Source: Geotalea uraniireducens Rf4
GTDB lineage: Bacteria; Desulfobacterota; Desulfuromonadia; Geobacterales; Geobacteraceae
Direction of reading: 5' to 3'
DNA length: 32,000 nt
NCBI RefSeq assembly: GCF_000016745.1
Contig: NC_009483.1
Location: 2,190,001 to 2,222,000, forward strand
Made by a program: the position numbers and the translations under genes. The notes under the pieces are model-generated. The model was not told where the DNA came from. It was given only the letters and a program-made list of their open reading frames with translations, and did no database searches. Shown in pieces: positions 16,806 to 26,326 of the stretch. Within the stretch, counting starts at the first letter, position 1; every line of letters begins with the position of its first letter.

Positions 16806-17736
16806 AGAAGTAGCTGCTCACGGCTCTTTTTTGATTACCACCCACGAAAGCCCGGATGGGGACGCTGTCGGCTCCAGTCTCGCTCTTGCCAACTATCTTA
16901 AGGGGCAGGGGAAGGATGTGACGGTTTACCTCTGTGATCAGGTTCCGGATATTTACATGTTCCTCCCGTTGGCCGATACGGTGGTACATACACTTCCCGA
17001 GCGCGCCTTTGATATCTGTTTTGTTCTGGACGTGGGTGAATTTCGACGGGCGGGTAAAGAAATATCCAATTTCCGGGGTATCGGCAAATTCATCAATATT
17101 GATCATCATCCGGACTGTGAACAGTTTGGCGCTATTAATTATCTGGATTCGCAAGCGTGTGCCACAGGAGCGCTCATCTACCGTATCATCAAGGCGGCAG
17201 GGCATGATGTGGACTACGAAACCGCGCTCTGTATTTACACTGCAGTTATCACGGATACCGGTTCTTTCCGCTATTCCAATGCAAATCCTGAAGCATTTGA
17301 CATTGCCGGCAAAATGGTCGTCAAAGGGATTAATGCTTGGTCCGTAGCGGAAAAACTGTATGAAAGCCAGCCGCAAAATCGCCTTGAGCTTCTTGCCATG
17401 GCACTTGCCACACTTTCGGTCTCAAAGCGCGGCGACTATGCTTCAATTGTCGTAACTCTCGATATGTACGACAAGTGTCGTGCCGATGCCGAATTGACCG
17501 ATGGTTTCATCAATTACCCGCGATCGATCAGAGGTGTCGAGGTGGCAATATTTTTCCGTGAAATCAATGAAGGGCGGTTCAAGGTTGGTTTCCGGTCTAA
17601 GGGCAAAGTAGATGTGTCTGCACTGGCCGCGGCATTTTCCGGCGGTGGCCACCATAATGCCGCAGGATGTACCATATCCGGTTCTCTCCCTGAAGTTAAG
17701 CAAGTGGTATTTGACCTTTTGGAGAAATCACTTTAA
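16786..17736 (+). CDS. nrnA: DHH/DHHA1 phosphoesterase (NrnA-type oligoribonuclease / pAp phosphatase)
   Basis: 'THESPDGDAVGS', 'NIDHHPD' (DHH motif) and 'GGGHHNAAG' (DHHA1 motif) are present. The start is ATG 16786 or GTG 16783, overlapping the rbfA end. Confidence 0.83.
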   Translation: MINRILEEVAAHGSFLITTHESPDGDAVGSSLALANYLKGQGKDVTVYLCDQVPDIYMFLPLADTVVHTLPERAFDICFVLDVGEFRRAGKEISNFRGIGKFINIDHHPDCEQFGAINYLDSQACATGALIYRIIKAAGHDVDYETALCIYTAVITDTGSFRYSNANPEAFDIAGKMVVKGINAWSVAEKLYESQPQNRLELLAMALATLSVSKRGDYASIVVTLDMYDKCRADAELTDGFINYPRSIRGVEVAIFFREINEGRFKVGFRSKGKVDVSALAAAFSGGGHHNAAGCTISGSLPEVKQVVFDLLEKSL

Positions 17737-17739
17737 TCC

Positions 17740-18672
17740 ATGGACGGTTTTATTGTTGTTGACAAGTCTGCGGGGATGACCTCCCATGACGTGGTGAGTG
17801 CTGTTCGCAGGATTGCCGGTCAGAAAAAAGTCGGTCATACCGGCACACTTGACCCCTTTGCCACCGGTGTGTTACCCGTTGCACTGGGTGAGGCTACAAA
17901 GGCAATTCCATTTCTGGACGAGTCCATTAAGGAATACCGAGCCGTTATGAAGCTTGGTGTTGCTACTGATACCCAGGATTATACGGGAAAGGTACTTCAT
18001 GAGTCTGACTGGAGCCATGTAACAACCTCTGCTTTAAATGAGATCTGCCGCATGTTCGTCGGCAAGTTGAGCCAGGTGCCGCCGATGTTTTCGGCGTTGA
18101 AACAAAACGGGGTGCCTCTCTATAAGCTTGCCAGGCAAGGTGCCGAAGTGCCGCGCCAACCACGGGAAATAGAGATTTATTCTCTGGTTATTGAAGCTGT
18201 AAATCTGCCCGAAGTAGCCTTCACCGTCAGATGTTCTCGCGGTACCTATGTGCGGACATTGGCAAACGATATAGGTGGAAAGCTTGGTTGTGGCGCTCAT
18301 CTGCTGCAATTGCACAGATCCTTGAGCGGCCCCTTCAGTATTAACAATGCGATTACCCTTGATGACTGGGCTAGGCGCATGCAGGACGGTAGGGCTGGTG
18401 AAACGCTGGTTTCCCCCTTTGCTGCGCTGTCACACCTGAAAGATTTTATCCTGACCGGTAAAGGCGCAGCAAAGGTGGCCAATGGCGTTGTCCCCGCTTT
18501 GGAGGATTTTCAGGTACTTTCGGAATGCGAACTTCTTCGGGACGAGCTCGTTCGAATGTCGTTTGGCGGAACTCTTCTCGCAGTAGCAAAAGCTGGTTTG
18601 CCGGGTGATTGGAAAATGCTGAAAAACCTCAAGCTTTCAAGGGTTTTTAACTTGGATAATTCCTTTACATAA
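17740..18672 (+). CDS. truB: tRNA pseudouridine(55) synthase
   Basis: The translation includes 'GFIVVDKSAGMTSHDVV', 'GHTGTLDPFATGVLPV' (catalytic Asp), 'QVPPMFSALK' and 'VRCSRGTYVRTLA'. Confidence 0.95.
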   Translation: MDGFIVVDKSAGMTSHDVVSAVRRIAGQKKVGHTGTLDPFATGVLPVALGEATKAIPFLDESIKEYRAVMKLGVATDTQDYTGKVLHESDWSHVTTSALNEICRMFVGKLSQVPPMFSALKQNGVPLYKLARQGAEVPRQPREIEIYSLVIEAVNLPEVAFTVRCSRGTYVRTLANDIGGKLGCGAHLLQLHRSLSGPFSINNAITLDDWARRMQDGRAGETLVSPFAALSHLKDFILTGKGAAKVANGVVPALEDFQVLSECELLRDELVRMSFGGTLLAVAKAGLPGDWKMLKNLKLSRVFNLDNSFT

Positions 18673-18770
18673 CCGGGGGTTTGTGGTAGTAATCACTAAG
18701 CTTAAAATTGAATCTTATAGATATTACGGCATTCAGCCATAATTAATTATTAAGAAAGGAGGTGTAGTAA

Positions 18771-19037
18771 ATGCTGGCAACGGACAAAAAGCAGGAAATC
18801 ATCAGTACATACAAGCTGCACGATAGTGATACCGGCTCTCCAGAGGTGCAGATAGCAATCCTTACTGAACGCATCACTTACCTGACAGAGCACTTCAAGA
18901 CGCATAAAAAGGACCATCACAGTCGTCGTGGTCTATTGAAGATTGTTGGTCAGAGAAGGGGACTGCTCGATTATCTTAAGAAAAAAGATGTTGAAAGATA
19001 CAGAAGCATTATTGAAAAACTCGGAATAAGAAGGTAA
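18771..19037 (+). CDS. rpsO: 30S ribosomal protein S15
   Basis: 88 aa containing '[44 protein letters not shown]'. A strong AAAGGAGG ribosome-binding site lies upstream. Confidence 0.97.
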   Translation: MLATDKKQEIISTYKLHDSDTGSPEVQIAILTERITYLTEHFKTHKKDHHSRRGLLKIVGQRRGLLDYLKKKDVERYRSIIEKLGIRR

Positions 19038-19040
19038 GAA

Positions 19041-19086
19041 AAGGCAGTATACCTCTTTAAGGGGTATATTGCCTTTCTATTTTTTT
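19041..19086 (+). terminator. Intrinsic terminator after rpsO
   Basis: AAGGCAGTATACCTC (19041-19055) pairs with GGGGTATATTGCCTT (19061-19075) in a 15-bp stem with two G-U pairs and a TTTAA loop. TCTATTTTTTT follows. Confidence 0.75.
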
Positions 19087-19095
19087 ATGTGAATT

Positions 19096-19120
19096 GGGCT
19101 TTATAGCCCTTTTATTTTGT
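19096..19120 (+). terminator. Second small hairpin plus T-tract (tandem terminator candidate)
   Basis: GGGCT-TTAT-AGCCC (19096-19109) is followed by TTTTATTTTGT. Confidence 0.35.
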
Positions 19121-19246
19121 TGGGGGCGTGGATAAAACGGCTAAACAAGGTACGAGGAAACCAGGCATCAGGTATGAGTTTTTATGCTCGAACCTCTTTC
19201 CTTTATCCTTGGTCCTCGCTTCGGTCTTTTTATCGGCGGCCCCAAC
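19119..19246 (+). promoter_or_regulatory. Structured pnp 5' leader (long-range helix)
   Basis: GTTGGGGGCGTGGATAAAA (19119-19137) is complementary to TTTTATCGGCGGCCCCAAC (19228-19246): 16 Watson-Crick pairs plus 1 G-U out of 19. Internal pairings include CGAGGA (19153-19158) with TCCTCG (19213-19218). Confidence 0.4.
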
Positions 19247-19281
19247 AGTCAACGATCAGAGACTAGGAGACCGAAAAACAA

Positions 19282-21372
19282 ATGGAAACTAAAGTACAGG
19301 TGGAATTTGGTGGCAGGACGATAACCATAGAAACCGGGAAAATGGCCAAGCAGGCAAGCGGCGCAGTCGTTGTTAGCAGCGGCGACACGATGGTGCTGGT
19401 GACTGCTGTGGCGACAAAAACCGCCAAAGAAGGTCAGGATTTTTTCCCATTAACTGTTAACTATCAGGAAAAGGCTTATGCCGGCGGGAAGATCCCCGGC
19501 GGGTTTTTCAAGCGCGAGGCTCGTCCGTCAGATAATGAAACACTGACATGCAGGCTTATTGACAGGCCGATCAGGCCTTTGTTCCCTGAAAACTTTCTTA
19601 ATGACACCCAGATAATGGCTACTGTCGTTTCAGCCGACAAGGATAATGATCCTGGCATTCTGTCGATGGTCGGCGCTTCGGCTGCTCTTATGGTTTCCGA
19701 TATTCCGTTTCAGGGGCCGATAGCTGGTGTGAAAGTCGGCAGGGTGGATGGCAGATTCATCGCCAATCCCACAGCTGATGAGATGGAAAAAAGCGACATC
19801 GAAATCGTCGTTGCTGCAAGCAAAGACGCAGTTATCATGGTTGAAGGGAGCGCAGCAGAGGTTTCTGAGGAAGATATGCTTGAGGCGATTTTCTTCGGTC
19901 ATGCTGCAATCCAGCCACTTCTCGCAGCCCAGGAAGAGCTGTGCAGCAAAGCCGGCGTGGCCAAGCGCGAAGTTCCTCCTCCTGCTGTCAATGAAGAATT
20001 GAAGGCGAACGTGAAGGACATTGCCTACGCACGGATGAAAGAAGCAGTAAGGATCAAGTCCAAGGTCGAGCGTCACAACTCCATAGATGCTATCTCCGCG
20101 GAAACCCTTGCTGCGCTTGCAACGGAATTTGAGGGATGCGACAAGCAAATTAAAGCGTTTCTCGGCGATTTTGAATATGAACTGGTCCGTGAACATATTC
20201 TCAAGGACGGTGAGCGTATTGATGGCCGTGATACGAAGACGATCAGGCAGATTACCACAGAGGTTAGCCTGCTTCCGAGGGCTCACGGTTCTGCGCTCTT
20301 TACCAGGGGCGAGACCCAGTCTCTCGTTGCTGCCACTTTGGGTACCTCTATTGACGAACAAAGGATTGATTCACTTTTTGGCGAAAGCAAAAAACGTTTT
20401 CTTCTACATTACAATTTCCCGCCATTTTCAGTCGGCGAGACAAGCTTCCGTCTTGGTCCCGGCCGTCGCGAAATCGGTCACGGCATGTTAGCCGAAAGAG
20501 CTTTGGCGAGAGTATTGCCGAAACATGACGATTTCCCTTACACGATCAGGATCGTCTCTGATATTCTGGAAAGTAACGGGTCTTCATCCATGGCTTCCGT
20601 ATGTGGCGGTTCCATGTCGATGATGGATGCGGGTATCCCGATCAAAGCGCCAGTGGCGGGTATTGCAATGGGGCTTATCAAGGAAGGTGAAGATTTTGCG
20701 ATCCTTTCCGATATCCTTGGTGATGAGGACCATTTAGGCGACATGGACTTCAAGGTGGCGGGAACAGCTGAAGGTGTTACCGCTCTGCAAATGGATATCA
20801 AGATTGGCGGCGTAACTCGTGAAATCATGGGCATTGCCCTTAAACAGGCCCTTGAAGGGAGATTACATATACTTGGTCGGATGGCGGATACTATTAAAAC
20901 TTCTAAGTCCGACCTTTCTACCTACGCGCCGCGTATAACCACGATCTATGTCAAAACTGACAAGATTCGTGACGTCATCGGCTCAGGCGGCAAGAACATC
21001 CGCGGCATTACTGAGGCTACCGGCGTTACCATCGATATTGACGACACCGGTAAGATCAACATCGCCAGCACCGATAAGGCAGCTTGTGACTTGGCCATCA
21101 AGATGATCAGAGATTTGACTGCCGAGGCTGAAGAAGGCAAACTATACATGGGCCTGGTGAAGAAGGTTATGGAATTCGGTGCTTTTGTTGAAATATTCCC
21201 AGGAACCGACGGCCTTGTGCATATTTCCGAATTGGATACGGAACGAGTTAAAAATGTTACCGATATCCTCAAGGAAGGTGACAAAGTACTCGTGAAGTGC
21301 ATTGGCATCGATAAGCAAGGCAAGATAAAACTATCCCGTAAAGAGGCGTTGGGCGCCACGCTTCCTGAATAA
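19282..21372 (+). CDS. pnp: Polyribonucleotide nucleotidyltransferase (PNPase)
   Basis: 696 aa with two RNase PH domains, '[19 protein letters not shown]', '[13 protein letters not shown]', a KH domain ('[11 protein letters not shown]') and an S1 domain ('[19 protein letters not shown]'). Confidence 0.97.
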   Translation: METKVQVEFGGRTITIETGKMAKQASGAVVVSSGDTMVLVTAVATKTAKEGQDFFPLTVNYQEKAYAGGKIPGGFFKREARPSDNETLTCRLIDRPIRPLFPENFLNDTQIMATVVSADKDNDPGILSMVGASAALMVSDIPFQGPIAGVKVGRVDGRFIANPTADEMEKSDIEIVVAASKDAVIMVEGSAAEVSEEDMLEAIFFGHAAIQPLLAAQEELCSKAGVAKREVPPPAVNEELKANVKDIAYARMKEAVRIKSKVERHNSIDAISAETLAALATEFEGCDKQIKAFLGDFEYELVREHILKDGERIDGRDTKTIRQITTEVSLLPRAHGSALFTRGETQSLVAATLGTSIDEQRIDSLFGESKKRFLLHYNFPPFSVGETSFRLGPGRREIGHGMLAERALARVLPKHDDFPYTIRIVSDILESNGSSSMASVCGGSMSMMDAGIPIKAPVAGIAMGLIKEGEDFAILSDILGDEDHLGDMDFKVAGTAEGVTALQMDIKIGGVTREIMGIALKQALEGRLHILGRMADTIKTSKSDLSTYAPRITTIYVKTDKIRDVIGSGGKNIRGITEATGVTIDIDDTGKINIASTDKAACDLAIKMIRDLTAEAEEGKLYMGLVKKVMEFGAFVEIFPGTDGLVHISELDTERVKNVTDILKEGDKVLVKCIGIDKQGKIKLSRKEALGATLPE

Positions 21373-21410
21373 TCGCTGGTAATTTCTCCATTTCAGGGTA
21401 TAGTTTAATC

Positions 21411-22670
21411 ATGATTAACAAAACAATCTTAGACAATGGGATACGTGTTATATCCGAAGCACTTCCCCATGCCAATTCAGTTTCAATCGGAATCTGGGTA
21501 GCCAACGGCTCCCGCCATGAACGGCGGGAGTCGAATGGCGTTGCCCACTTCATAGAACACCTCCTCTTCAAGGGAACATCTCGTCGCACTGCATTGGACA
21601 TTGCCAGGGAGATAGACTCCGTCGGCGGCATCCTCAACGCGTTTACCAGTCGCGAGTACGTTTGTTATTATGCAAAGGTGCTCGACAAGTTCCTTCCCAA
21701 GGCTGTAGATATTCTTGTGGACATATTCCACAATTCCCTTTTTGACCCTGAAGAAATCGAGAAGGAACGCAAGGTTGTCCTCCAGGAAATAAGCATGATG
21801 GAGGATAATCCTGATGATTCCATCCATGACCTGTTTCACCAGCATTTCTGGAAAGGTCATCCGTTGGGCATGTCGATACTGGGTGACCAAGAGAGTGTAT
21901 CCAGTCTTTCCCGTGACAAAATAGTCGGTTATAAAAACCACATGTACCGTGCGGATGATATCATCATCACCGCTGCCGGCAAGGTAGATCATCAGGACCT
22001 CCTTGATCTGATAGGTAAGCTATTACCTGATGTGCCCCAGGGGAGTGGCAAGGTGGCTTGTCAGAACCCGGTTTATGAAAAGCGGATTGAATTGATCGGC
22101 AAAGAGTTGGAACAGGTGCATATGTGTCTGGGGGTAAAGGGACTACCGCAACATCATTCCCAGCGTTATGAGGCGTTCATCATGAATACTATCCTGGGGG
22201 GGAGCATGAGCTCACGCCTCTTTCAGGAGGTTCGCGAGAAGCAAGGACTTGCCTACTCGGTATATTCTTATATGGCATCTCATGTCGACGCCGGTTCCTT
22301 GGTCGTCTACGCCGGTTCCGGTCAGGAACATTTCACTGAGGTTTTGGAAATTACTGTCCGTGAGTTGATGCGTCTTAAAAAGGAACCGATATCACTGTTA
22401 GAGCTTGATTCCGCTCGCGAGCAGCTTAAGGGGAACCTTATCTTGTCGTTGGAAAGTAGCGATAACCGCATGTCCAAACTGGCGAAAAATGAAATTTATT
22501 TCGGTGGTTATCAGCCGTTGGAGGAAATAACGGCCGGCTTTGATCGAGTAACTTCAGAATCAATTATGCAACTCAGCTCCGAATTGCTTGATGACAACTA
22601 TCTGACGCTTGTTCTGCTGGGGAAATTGGGTAATACCCGGTTTGCTTTATCAGACATATCACTACAATAA
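21411..22670 (+). CDS. M16-family (pitrilysin/insulinase-like) zinc peptidase
   Basis: The inverted zinc motif HxxEH appears in '[14 protein letters not shown]'. At 419 aa, it sits immediately downstream of pnp, the same arrangement as Bacillus pnpA/mlpA. Confidence 0.85.
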   Translation: MINKTILDNGIRVISEALPHANSVSIGIWVANGSRHERRESNGVAHFIEHLLFKGTSRRTALDIAREIDSVGGILNAFTSREYVCYYAKVLDKFLPKAVDILVDIFHNSLFDPEEIEKERKVVLQEISMMEDNPDDSIHDLFHQHFWKGHPLGMSILGDQESVSSLSRDKIVGYKNHMYRADDIIITAAGKVDHQDLLDLIGKLLPDVPQGSGKVACQNPVYEKRIELIGKELEQVHMCLGVKGLPQHHSQRYEAFIMNTILGGSMSSRLFQEVREKQGLAYSVYSYMASHVDAGSLVVYAGSGQEHFTEVLEITVRELMRLKKEPISLLELDSAREQLKGNLILSLESSDNRMSKLAKNEIYFGGYQPLEEITAGFDRVTSESIMQLSSELLDDNYLTLVLLGKLGNTRFALSDISLQ

Positions 22671-22683
22671 CAACACTATTCCC

Positions 22684-23133
22684 ATGCACACTATTAATGT
22701 AAAGATAAAACGTATTCGTCATGACGGAACAAATCCGCTGCCTCAATATATGACCCTTCATGCGGCCGGTATGGATCTTTCTGCCTGTTTGAGTGAAGAC
22801 CTGGTTTTGAAGCCGGGAGCCAGGACACTTGTGCCGACAGGTATCGCCATTGAACTTCCCGAAGGATATGAGGCCCAGATAAGACCGCGAAGCGGCCTTG
22901 CTCTGAAGCATGGCGTTACGCTCGTCAATTCTCCAGGTACCATTGATGCTGATTATCGGGGTGAAATAGGAGTGATTATCATAAATCATGGGGAAGAGCC
23001 ATTTATCATAAAAAATCAGGAACGGATTGCCCAGATGGTTTTTGCCCCCTTTATCAGGGCGATTTTTGAAGAAGCTGCCGAACTGGGAGATACTCAACGC
23101 GGAGCAGGCGGTTTTGGTCATACGGGCAGGTAA
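22684..23133 (+). CDS. dut: dUTP diphosphatase
   Basis: The translation includes 'AAGMDL', '[12 protein letters not shown]', '[14 protein letters not shown]' and a C-terminal '[10 protein letters not shown]'. The start ATG at 22684 lies 14 nt after the M16 stop; the longer track ORF overlaps the M16 gene. Confidence 0.93.
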   Translation: MHTINVKIKRIRHDGTNPLPQYMTLHAAGMDLSACLSEDLVLKPGARTLVPTGIAIELPEGYEAQIRPRSGLALKHGVTLVNSPGTIDADYRGEIGVIIINHGEEPFIIKNQERIAQMVFAPFIRAIFEEAAELGDTQRGAGGFGHTGR

Positions 23134-23157
23134 TGTCTGTGTCAGGGGAGTTGCTGA

Positions 23158-24264
23158 ATGAAAGATCCACGTGTACGACAGCTAGCAGAAGTACTGGTAA
23201 ATTATTCCACCGGCGTTAAAAAAGGCGATGTTGTCTTGATCTCGGCGTCAGGGATGGAATCTGTTCCTCTTGTCAAAGAGTTGTACGCTCTCTGCCTGGA
23301 AAGGGGAGCCAAATATGTGGAGTATGACTTCACGATACCTGATATCAACCGTTATTTTTATAATAAGGCTTCGAAAGAGCAAATCTCCTATTTCCCTCAA
23401 CACAAGCTTGACTTGATGAAAAAAGTCGATGTATATATCGCTCTTTCCGCCGCAGATAATTCCATGGTGATGGCCCAGGCGGATCAGACAAAAATGATCG
23501 CTTATTCAAAGGTTATCCGGCCAATTATCGACTGGCGCGTAAAAAATACACGGTGGGTCATCACCCGTTTTCCGACACATGGTGCAGCTCAAGAGGCCAA
23601 GATGAGTCTGGATGAGTATGAAGACTACCTCTATTCTGCCTGCTGCATAGACTGGCACGCCGAATCCCGTAAACAGGAAAAGTTGAAAAAGCTGATGGAT
23701 AAAGCCGATCGAGTGAAGATCAAGGCGTCTGATACTGATCTGACCTTCAGTATCAAGGGACTTCCCGGCATTAAATGCGATGGTCGCTTCAATATTCCTG
23801 ATGGTGAGGTCTTTACGGCACCCGTAAAAGATTCCGTCGAAGGTTATATAACCTATAATTGCCCTACGGTCTACCAAGGTAAAGAGTTCAACAATGTACG
23901 TCTTGAGTTTAAGAAAGGCAAGATTGTCAAGGCGTCAGCGCCGGGTATGGATGATGCGCTCAACAGTATTCTCGATACTGATGAGGGGGCCCGTTATGTT
24001 GGAGAATTTGCTGTCGGGGTGAACCCTAATATTCGTGTTCCGATGCGCAACATTCTTTTTGACGAAAAGATCTTCGGCTCCATCCATTTTACGCCTGGCC
24101 AGTGTTATGATGAGTGTGATAATGGCAACCGCTCCGCAGTTCATTGGGATATGGTTAAAATCCTCAACGGAGATGGTGAGTTATGGTTTGATGAACACAT
24201 CATTCAGAAAGATGGGCGATTTGTCCATAAAGACCTTCTGGAACTGAATCCGAGTGATCAGTGA
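23158..24264 (+). CDS. Aminopeptidase, M29 (AmpS/PepS/aminopeptidase T) family
   Basis: The 368-aa translation has a family-typical N-terminus ('RQLAEVLVNYSTGVKKGDVVLI') and C-terminal segments 'NIPDGEVFTAP', 'VGEFAVGVNP' and 'LFDEKIFGSIHFTPG'. Confidence 0.82.
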   Translation: MKDPRVRQLAEVLVNYSTGVKKGDVVLISASGMESVPLVKELYALCLERGAKYVEYDFTIPDINRYFYNKASKEQISYFPQHKLDLMKKVDVYIALSAADNSMVMAQADQTKMIAYSKVIRPIIDWRVKNTRWVITRFPTHGAAQEAKMSLDEYEDYLYSACCIDWHAESRKQEKLKKLMDKADRVKIKASDTDLTFSIKGLPGIKCDGRFNIPDGEVFTAPVKDSVEGYITYNCPTVYQGKEFNNVRLEFKKGKIVKASAPGMDDALNSILDTDEGARYVGEFAVGVNPNIRVPMRNILFDEKIFGSIHFTPGQCYDECDNGNRSAVHWDMVKILNGDGELWFDEHIIQKDGRFVHKDLLELNPSDQ

Positions 24265-24872
24265 TGCTGCTCGAAATTAACCCGCAGAATCCGCAACCGC
24301 GACTAGTTGCCCAGGTTGTTGAAGTTCTTAACAAGGGAGGGGTGGTTGCTTATCCCACAGATACCACCTATGGCATAGGATGCAGTATATTTAACAAGCG
24401 TGGTATTGAGCGGATTTATTCAATCAAGCAGCGGGAAAAGAAAAAACCCTTTTCTTTTATTTGCGCCGATCTCTCGGATATAGCCCGCTACGCTAAGGTA
24501 AGTAATTACGCCTTTAAATTAATGAAACGACTGTTACCCGGTCCCTATACGTTCGTTCTCGACGCAACCAGCGTTGTTCCTGATCTGCTTATGACAAAAC
24601 AGAAAACCGTTGGAATACGTATCCCTGCAAACAAGATCTGTCTTGCTGTTGTTAAGCAGCTGGGTCACCCGATAGTTACCACAAGCGCCAATCTTTCCGG
24701 TGAGGAGCCGATCGGTGACCCTTTTCAAGTGGAAAGCTATCTGGGGAAGCTCATTGATCTTACCATCGATGGTGGGATACTGTCTGCTGATGTAAGCTCG
24801 GTCGTGAGCCTGATCGGTGATGTTCCGGAGGTACTCCGTAAAGGGGTCGGGGATGTAAGCTGGTGTGGGTGA
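24264..24872 (+). CDS. tsaC: L-threonylcarbamoyladenylate synthase (YrdC/TsaC domain protein)
   Basis: The translation includes 'GGVVAYPTDTTYGIGC', 'IKQREKKKPFSFI', 'LLPGPYTFVL', 'TVGIRIP' and 'IVTTSANLSGE'. The ATG overlaps the upstream TGA (TGATG). Confidence 0.83.
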   Translation: MLLEINPQNPQPRLVAQVVEVLNKGGVVAYPTDTTYGIGCSIFNKRGIERIYSIKQREKKKPFSFICADLSDIARYAKVSNYAFKLMKRLLPGPYTFVLDATSVVPDLLMTKQKTVGIRIPANKICLAVVKQLGHPIVTTSANLSGEEPIGDPFQVESYLGKLIDLTIDGGILSADVSSVVSLIGDVPEVLRKGVGDVSWCG

Positions 24873-24886
24873 GGGATCTTTTCTGA

Positions 24887-25240
24887 ATGCGCAAGAAAAC
24901 GGTAAAACTGGGCTTAAACTATATCCTTGTTGGAATGGTGCTGGTGATTATCGCTACTTTTTTTCATGAAGAGGTGGCATGGCTCTTTTTACTGTTACCC
25001 GGCGGAGAAGCCAGATTTACCTTTCTTGGACTTTTTATCGGCGGTTTGTGCGGAGGTTTCGGGGTACTCATTTCAGCGATCGGTTTATTGCAAGGTCCGG
25101 CGCTGGAGAAAAATATTTACCTGACCCCGATCCTGATTATTCTTGCAGCCGCTCTTCTACTCTTTTTTATGCTCCTTTATTCATCCATTAGGAACCCGGA
25201 ACCGCCGAAGGTGCGACCTGGTGAAACTATCACCATCTGA
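24887..25240 (+). CDS. Small hypothetical membrane protein (about 3 TM helices)
   Basis: 117-aa ORF with a basic N-terminus (MRKKTVK) and three hydrophobic stretches. GAGGGA lies about 9 nt upstream of the ATG. I recognise no family. Confidence 0.5.
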   Translation: MRKKTVKLGLNYILVGMVLVIIATFFHEEVAWLFLLLPGGEARFTFLGLFIGGLCGGFGVLISAIGLLQGPALEKNIYLTPILIILAAALLLFFMLLYSSIRNPEPPKVRPGETITI

Positions 25241-25326
25241 ATACCGTAAATAGTTTCCATCCGGAAGCCCCAGATGAGAAACTATTGGCTAGTGATTCGG
25301 AAAACACTCTTTCCGGACAGAAACTA
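25223..25326. repeat. Cluster of four GAAACTA heptamers (three direct, one inverted), including a 9-bp inverted repeat
   Basis: GAAACTA occurs at 25223-25229, 25278-25284 and 25320-25326, with TAGTTTC at 25251-25257. AATAGTTTC (25249-25257) and GAAACTATT (25278-25286) form a 9-bp inverted repeat with a 20-nt spacer. Confidence 0.4.
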
Positions 25327-25331
25327 AATAT

Positions 25332-26180
25332 TCAAATTCCCCACTTGTATTCCAGGTATTTCATAGTCTGCTCATAACCCTGTTCAAAGAGATACTGCTT
25401 TTCATTCTCTGTCAGGGTGAACTTTGCCGGTGCAATGTCTGCACAGTAAAGAAGAATTGTATTTTTCCATTTTCCACCCTTTATAAATTCCTTTTCAATA
25501 GAGTGCATGGAGAACGTCAGTATCTCCTGGAAATATCTTTTGAGTGTAAAGTTGTCCGAAGTGGGATGATTTAATGTCCTTTTAGAAACGACTTTCAATA
25601 CCAGTGTTTTTTCCTGTTTGGCTAATGATTCCTCAATCAGTCCCGACATGAGGGTCCCATCGATAAATATGTGTTTTTTCCCTTTATGGGTGAACTGGCG
25701 GTAAGCGTAAACCCACGGTACACCGGTTGAGAAGCGTGCTGCGGTTGCAACCTTTAGATCTGGGAATGTTTTTGCGGAAAAAATTACCGGTTTATAGTTG
25801 AGTATGTCTGTTGCAATAACATGGGGTGGGATGCGGAAATCGTCGGAAAACTTTTGTCCCTTCAGTTTTTCATCCACCCAGGATTCCAGGGCCTTCCCTT
25901 CATAAATACCTTTGCCGGTAAACACGCTCTTAATGTTGAAATCTTTGAACCGATTGGTATCGACAGTCAGAGTTTCCTGCTGTATTTCAGACGGGGATAT
26001 TCCCGAAGCATAGAGACTGCCGATGATACTGCCTGTTGATGAGCCGACAATCTTACGGATGTTTAGTCCTTTTTCCTCGATTGCCTTGAGCGCTCCGGTA
26101 AAAGCAGGAAAACGTATCCCCCCACCGAGAAGCATGAGGGTAATAGGTTCGTTTTCTATAATATTATTGTCCATCGTCAT
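25332..26180 (-). CDS. Patatin-like phospholipase
   Basis: The oxyanion-hole motif 'LGGGIRF', the nucleophile elbow GxSxG in 'VGSSTGSIIG' and the catalytic Asp motif in 'FIDGTLMSG' are all present. 282 aa. Confidence 0.85.
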   Translation of the reverse strand: MTMDNNIIENEPITLMLLGGGIRFPAFTGALKAIEEKGLNIRKIVGSSTGSIIGSLYASGISPSEIQQETLTVDTNRFKDFNIKSVFTGKGIYEGKALESWVDEKLKGQKFSDDFRIPPHVIATDILNYKPVIFSAKTFPDLKVATAARFSTGVPWVYAYRQFTHKGKKHIFIDGTLMSGLIEESLAKQEKTLVLKVVSKRTLNHPTSDNFTLKRYFQEILTFSMHSIEKEFIKGGKWKNTILLYCADIAPAKFTLTENEKQYLFEQGYEQTMKYLEYKWGI

Positions 26181-26326
26181 AATGTGATTCCGTTTTGAGG
26201 TGTGCCGAAGAGATTAGAGTCGAAATGTAGAAGTGATTCATCTAAACCTTGGAAGTATATTTAGCGCTCCAAGTGCTGTCAACAAATATTCTGCCTCGAC
26301 ATGTCCGGTGTGTAAAGGAGACGGTA

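Noticed and set aside
25291-26239. The 8-mer AGTGATTC occurs on both sides of the patatin gene (25291-25298 and 26232-26239), with a further GTGATTC at 26184-26190. This could be a target-site duplication.
   Set aside because: The match does not extend beyond 8 nt. Comparing a ~90-nt region against a ~145-nt region gives a chance 8-mer match probability of roughly 0.2. No terminal inverted repeats or recombinase gene are present.
26261-26278. A CIRCE-like half-site, TTAGCGCTC...GTGCT, upstream of the cytochrome c gene.
   Set aside because: CIRCE is TTAGCACTC-N9-GAGTGCTAA. Here the spacer is only 3 nt and the second arm is incomplete, and the downstream gene is not a chaperone.
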